A DNA stretch of 63,872 bases, counting the filler, from Olpidium bornovanus S191 (taxonomy: Eukaryota > Fungi > Olpidiomycota), in the NCBI GenBank assembly GCA_017911155.1. It is 30 parts of 30 records of this genome, joined end to end, with 100 filler letters (N's around TTAATTAATTAA, not from the genome) between each part and the next. Parts side by side here need not be neighbours in the genome. Positions count along the whole stretch, not along the records: positions 58,288 to 61,831 come from JAEFCI010013496.1; positions 61,932 to 63,872 come from JAEFCI010009231.1; 28 more parts are not named here. One strand, 5' to 3'. The stretch's first letter is position 1. Each line of letters opens with the position of its first letter. Below are positions 59,166 through 63,872 of this stretch, in pieces. Made by a program: the position numbers and the translations under genes. The notes under the pieces are model-generated. The model saw only the letters and a program-made list of their open reading frames with translations, had not been told where the DNA came from and did no database searches.

Positions 59166-61103
59166 TTACGGGAAAAAGGAAACAGGAGACGTCACGCGCA
59201 GCCCCGCCGCCGACGTCGCGAGCTGGCCGCCGCCCGGCACGCCCGGGGGTCCGGTTCCAGTCGCGGCGGGCCCGTTCAGCGGGCCGGCGGCGCCGGGCAC
59301 AGGAGCGCCGCCGGCGCCCAGGGGACCGGACGGCGCGTTCGGCGGCGCGCCGGAGAAGGCGCCGAACGGGACGCCCGGCGCCACCGCCGGCCCCGCGAAG
59401 CCCGGGCCGCCCGGCGCGACGCACCCGGGCGGCGGCGCCCCGGCGCCCCCTTCCGCGGACGTCCGGTCGATGACCCGGGGCGTGCGCGGGGGGTTGCCGC
59501 ACCTGTCCTTCCCAAAGTTGACCTTGTAGCCGGCGTACTCCGAGTTCATCCGCATGCCCTCGACCGCTTTCAGCGCCGCCACGATGCTCGTGAAGTTGAT
59601 GAACCCGCAGTTCTTCTCCCGCAAGATGTTCACCAGCTCGATCTCCCCGTACGGCGCGAAGTCCGCCCGCAGCTTGTCCTCGTTCGTCGACTCGTCGATG
59701 CCGCCGAGGTAGACGTTCCGCGACGCGCCGGCCTGCACGGCCATCAGCACCTCGCGCGGGACGACGACGGACTTGCCCCACCCGACGCGGACGCGGCGGC
59801 TCTTGACGGCGAGGCCGTTGAACGCGCAGTTGTTGTAGAACTGCATGGCCGCCGAAGGCTCGACGAACGTGACGAACGCGATGTGTTTGTCCGGGATGTA
59901 CCTGATCTGGCTGAGGATGCCGCCCCTTATCGCGTTGCATATGTCCTCCCCGGTCGCGTCTGGATGGATGCCGCCGAGGTACACGCTGCGGTTGGTGCCG
60001 GGGATGTCGTGCGGAAGGAGGAAACCGTGCACGCCGACGTCGGGCACGTGGAACGAGTCCTGGCCGCCGAACGTGCCGGTGAACGCCACCGGGTTTTGGA
60101 ATCCGCACTGCTGAAACGATCGGCACGGCAAGCCGCCGGGCTTGTTCTGATAAACGGCGCAGCGGTCTTTTCCGTAGTGCACCCTGCGCCCCTGGTAGTC
60201 TGGGTCGTTTTGCAGAGCAGTCACGCACTTCACCGCCGCCTGGATGCTGAGAAGGTGGGCAAACCCGATGCTCTTGTCCCGAATTACCTTGACATGCTCG
60301 ACGGTGCCGAATCTGCCGAGGTCCTCGCGGATGCGGTCTTCGTTGAAGTCTTCGTCGAGGTGCCCAAGGTACACGTTGCGGGTGGCTCCCGCTTCGGCGG
60401 CAGCCAGGACGGCGGGCGGGAGGCTCGACGGTTTTCCCCAGCCGACCCGCAGCTCGTGGCCGTCGACGGTCAGCTTTTTGTGTTGGCACTCTTGGTGGAA
60501 GAGTGCGGCCGTCGGCACGTCCAAAAAGTAGATAAATGCGCAAGATTTGTCGGGGAAGTGCCGGACGTTTTCGATCGGCCCGGCGCACTTGACGTGGTCC
60601 AGCAGCCGCGTGATCGCGACGTCCGGCGGGATGCCTCCGATGTAAACTGTTCGCGTCGGGCTCGCCGCCGACGCGGCGGCCTGCTGTGCGGCGATCGCGA
60701 CCGCGAACGCCGCGTGCTGATTCGGGGAGTACGCGCCGCCGCCCTCGGTACCTCCCTGCTGTCCCGTCATGCCGACGCCGCCGGAAGTTCCGGTGGCCCC
60801 GCCGCCGAAGTAGCTGCCGCCAAGAGCCGCCTGGTACGCCGCCACCGGATAATGCTGCTGGTGAACGCCTGCTCCTATCCCGACGCTCCCGATACCGATC
60901 CCGGCCCCGGGTATACCGCCACCGTTTGCAACGCTCATGAATGTTGACTTTTGTGTGTAAACCCCGTATGCGTCAGCGCTGATGCCCATGCCAGGTGCCA
61001 TAGAGATGAATGTCGGGTAGTAAGAAAATATGCCGGTTGCTGCCGCGACTTTGGATTTTTTATTATCGTGAAATACGCTGTAGCCGTCCTCCCCCCTTCT
61101 CAT
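59166..61103 (-). CDS. Four-RRM RNA-binding protein, Mrn1 / S. pombe Nrd1-like (no obvious intron)
   Basis: RTVYIGG..KSCAFIYF..RVGWGKPS, ATRNVYLG..KSIGFAHL..YGKDRC, NRSVYLGGIHP..KHIAFVTF..VGWGK and ASRNVYLGGID..KNCGFINF..NFGKDRC. Confidence 0.9.
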   Translation of the reverse strand: MRRGEDGYSVFHDNKKSKVAAATGIFSYYPTFISMAPGMGISADAYGVYTQKSTFMSVANGGGIPGAGIGIGSVGIGAGVHQQHYPVAAYQAALGGSYFGGGATGTSGGVGMTGQQGGTEGGGAYSPNQHAAFAVAIAAQQAAASAASPTRTVYIGGIPPDVAITRLLDHVKCAGPIENVRHFPDKSCAFIYFLDVPTAALFHQECQHKKLTVDGHELRVGWGKPSSLPPAVLAAAEAGATRNVYLGHLDEDFNEDRIREDLGRFGTVEHVKVIRDKSIGFAHLLSIQAAVKCVTALQNDPDYQGRRVHYGKDRCAVYQNKPGGLPCRSFQQCGFQNPVAFTGTFGGQDSFHVPDVGVHGFLLPHDIPGTNRSVYLGGIHPDATGEDICNAIRGGILSQIRYIPDKHIAFVTFVEPSAAMQFYNNCAFNGLAVKSRRVRVGWGKSVVVPREVLMAVQAGASRNVYLGGIDESTNEDKLRADFAPYGEIELVNILREKNCGFINFTSIVAALKAVEGMRMNSEYAGYKVNFGKDRCGNPPRTPRVIDRTSAEGGAGAPPPGCVAPGGPGFAGPAVAPGVPFGAFSGAPPNAPSGPLGAGGAPVPGAAGPLNGPAATGTGPPGVPGGGQLATSAAGLRVTSPVSFFP

Positions 61104-62018
61104 TAAAGCGCTCTGCGATGCCGTCGATCTGGGATTCGCAAAGGGAATCCCGTCGGAGAAAAGTTTTTGTACGTCAGGAAAACCAAGCGGGAGCTCCGGG
61201 CATACTTATAAAAAAAAATAAAACAAAAAAGAAAAGGGCACCAGAGTTTCGAAAACAGGGCAACCGGCGGGATCTGGGCGACAGCCGCAAACGCTAAGCC
61301 GCTTGACGGTTCGGCCGGTCCACGGGGGAAGTCGGAGTCGCTCCGCTCCGCCAACGGGAACGGAAGGCGGACAGAGAAGGCGGGGCGCGCGCGGGGGGAC
61401 GGGAAGGGGGGAGGTGGAAGGGGAGGCAAGGGGGGGGGGGAAAGAAAGCGCCGGGGTTGAAAAACGCGCAGCAAAACGTTTCGTACCAGCGAAGAACATT
61501 CGAGTCCCGGGGGAAGCTCGCGGGAAGAGATGAGCGGGGCCGGGACACGTCCGGGCAGCAGCGCAAGCGGCGGAGACCCGAACCCGCCCGCCCCCCGAGC
61601 ACACCGCCGGGCAGCCGCCACCGCGGAGAACTCACAGTCCGGTTGTGCGGACGCGGGACGCTCGGCATCCGAGCGTCCGCGAAAGGCGACCGCCCCTGAT
61701 CCCCGCCGGATGCTGCGCGGGCGGCCGGACGGGGGGAAGGGTCGGAAGCCGGCGCCGGGGGGGGACTGAGGGGGGGGGCCGGCGGGGGCCGGGGGGGGCG
61801 GGGGGGGGGGGCGGGGGGGGGGCGGGGGGGGNNNNNNNNNNNNNNNNNNNNNNNNNNNNNNNNNNNNNNNNNNNNTTAATTAATTAANNNNNNNNNNNNN
61901 NNNNNNNNNNNNNNNNNNNNNNNNNNNNNNNATGCAACACCGAAAGCGCCTTCGGGATCTGTACACATGGGGTCTGCGGAGGGGAGGGGGGGACTGGCTC
62001 CGAACAGCGCGCGATCTC

Positions 62019-63164
62019 TCAAGCTCTCTCAGCCGTGACCTTCTCCTGCACCTTCACAATGATCTGCCACGGGGTTGGAGGCAAGGAGCGTCGGAATGCT
62101 ATCCAAGTTGCGGCTTTGCAGCGCGCCGTGGAGAGGCGGGCTACCGAAAAAAAAAAAGTGGAAGCAGCAAATAGAGCGAGTTTACGCACCACAGGGATGG
62201 GCAGATGGTGCACGCAGTAGTCCGAGACCGAGCCGAGCAACGTCCGTTTGATGGCTCCCATGCCGCGCGAGCCCATGACCACGGCTGAAAGCCGAGACAG
62301 GAGAGACAGCGGATGTTGCCTTTAAAATTTTTCCAAAAAAAAAAAACCAAAAAAACCAAAAAAACCAAAAAAACCAAAAAAACCAAAAAAACCAAAAAAA
62401 CAAAAAAAACAAAAAAAACAAAAAAAAAACAAAAAAAGGGCGGGAACCCTCGAAGCTCACCGTCCACTTTAAGCTCTATCGCCTTACGCACGATGTCGTA
62501 CCTCGGATCGCCGCTGCGAGTCCGGCGAACGCCGGCAATAAAAACGTCGAAATAAAACGTCGGAAATTTTTATTTTCTTCAACACGCCAGAAGTGAGCCC
62601 ATTTCGATACTCGGGGCAAACCTACCGGATGGCGATGGCTTTGCAGTCAACTAAAAAATAATAGAACAGTAGAACATTTCGTAGAAGAGGTTCGCATTCT
62701 TTTTTTTTTCGGCGCCAAAGCAATTCCTTACGCGCGCAATGATTTTTGCCGCAACAATAACTCACACCCCCTGCTTTTTAAGATCTCGCCGTACTTAAGC
62801 AGGAGGCCGTGCGAAACCTTGCGGCTGTGGTCCTCCATCCGCGCGCTGGAGTGAACAATCGAAAAAGGCGGCGTTTGCCGAGGTTACGAGTCGCGGGCAT
62901 ACTTGCGACCACGCGAACAAACAGATCCCCGGCCGTACACTCACAGAACGTCGCTAAAGTCAATATACGCCGCACCTGCGTCGAGGCGTTGTATCCCGGC
63001 CGTTCACGGGCGAGTTCATTGATGGGGGGAAGGAAGAAGGGGTGGACGCGGTCTTTTTCGATGAAAACAGGCGCTTACCGTACGGTCCAGGGACGTTGGA
63101 AGGCAGCCGGACGTTTACGAGCACTACAAAGTCGGTCTCCTGACGCAGGAAGTTCGTCATTGCC
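62019..63164 (-). CDS. Universal stress protein A-like protein (multi-exon; first exon not located)
   Basis: Spliced pieces: AMTNFLRQETDFVVLVNVR, KVSHGLLLKYGEILKAG, DCKAIAIR, GDPRYDIVRKAIELKVD, VVMGSRGMGAIKRTLLGSVSDYCVHHLPIPV and IIVK...*. Confidence 0.9.
62340..62430. repeat. (AAAAAACC)n tandem repeat within a USP intron
   Basis: Directly visible. Confidence 0.9.
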
Positions 63165-63684
63165 CTATTATAATCGACCTCGAGTCGTGGGCTTCGGGCC
63201 TTGGCAGGAGAAAACCGGCGCGCGGAAGTGTCGAAGCGCGGGGGAAGAATTGGGCGGCGGCGGGGGGGGGGGGGGGGGGGGTTTCCCCCCCCCGGGGACG
63301 GGGGAAAAAGCGGCGGGGGCGGGAAACAGCCGCCGAGCGCCCCCCCCCCCACCCCCGTCCCGCGCCGCTCGGACCCCCGCGGGCAGAGTAAGGAAGACGA
63401 GAGAGAGAGAGAGAGAGGCCGAGACAGACAGACAGACAGAGAGATGCGCGCCACGCTCCCTTCCCCGTCTCTTCCCCGGTTCCTTTTTTTTTACTGCCGA
63501 AAATCCCCCCAGTCAGTAGTCTTCTTTCTTTCTTTCTTCTGGCTGTCGGCATTTCCCCCCCTCCTGTTTTTTACGCACCCCGCGGGCGGCGCGAGTTTTG
63601 CCGGATCTCGATCGAGAGACGCCCGACGGCGTCGCCCCGCCCGCCCCAACACCGAAACCGAAACCGAAAAAAAAACCCGCGAGA

Positions 63685-63866
63685 GGGAGAGAGAGAGAGA
63701 GAAGGGAGAGAGAGCAGGAGAGAGAGAGCAGGAGAGAGAGAGAGAAGAGAGAGAGAGCAGGAGAGAGAGAGCAGGAGAGAGAGAGAGAAGAGAGAGAGAG
63801 CAGGAGAGAGAGAGCAGGAGAGAGAGAGAGAAGAGAGAGAGAGCAGCAGAGAAAGAGACAGAGTGA
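63685..63866. repeat. Compound (GA)n / GAGAGAGAGCAG purine repeat
   Basis: Directly visible. Confidence 0.92.
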
Positions 63867-63872
63867 GAGTCG

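Overview
This is not a contiguous locus. It is 30 short eukaryotic contigs (about 1-4 kb each) joined by 29 artificial 100-nt spacers (44 N + TTAATTAATTAA + 44 N), so adjacency across spacers has no biological meaning. The DNA is GC-rich, intron-containing (GT..AG) and rich in homopolymers. It encodes fungal-type housekeeping genes: mitochondrial EF-Ts, EAF3/MRG15, COG4, KEX2, MCR1, PRP2/DHX16, an Mrn1/Nrd1-like RRM protein, an NAD-carrier-like SLC25 protein, a USP protein, UBTD and DUF2462. It also encodes cilium genes (NEK8-like, DNAAF4, DNAAF3) and a BK/Slo K+ channel. Together these point to a flagellated, early-diverging fungus; Olpidium-like is my inference and is not verified. Several LTR retroelement fragments are present. 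The standout is contig 11334-13713. There, a degenerate Ty3/gypsy integrase tail with a GPY/F motif and a chromodomain (+ strand) ends 1 bp from the stop codon of an antisense TET/JBP-family 2OG-Fe(II) dioxygenase. This suggests a chromovirus-type retrotransposon carrying a TET-like DNA-modifying cargo gene. Other points of interest are apparent pseudogenes of class II DAHP synthase and DNAAF3, Ty5-type half-tRNA primer sites (one upstream of a gypsy-like gag), and strong enrichment of CATG at contig ends. All family assignments come from recognising motifs by eye; no searches were run.
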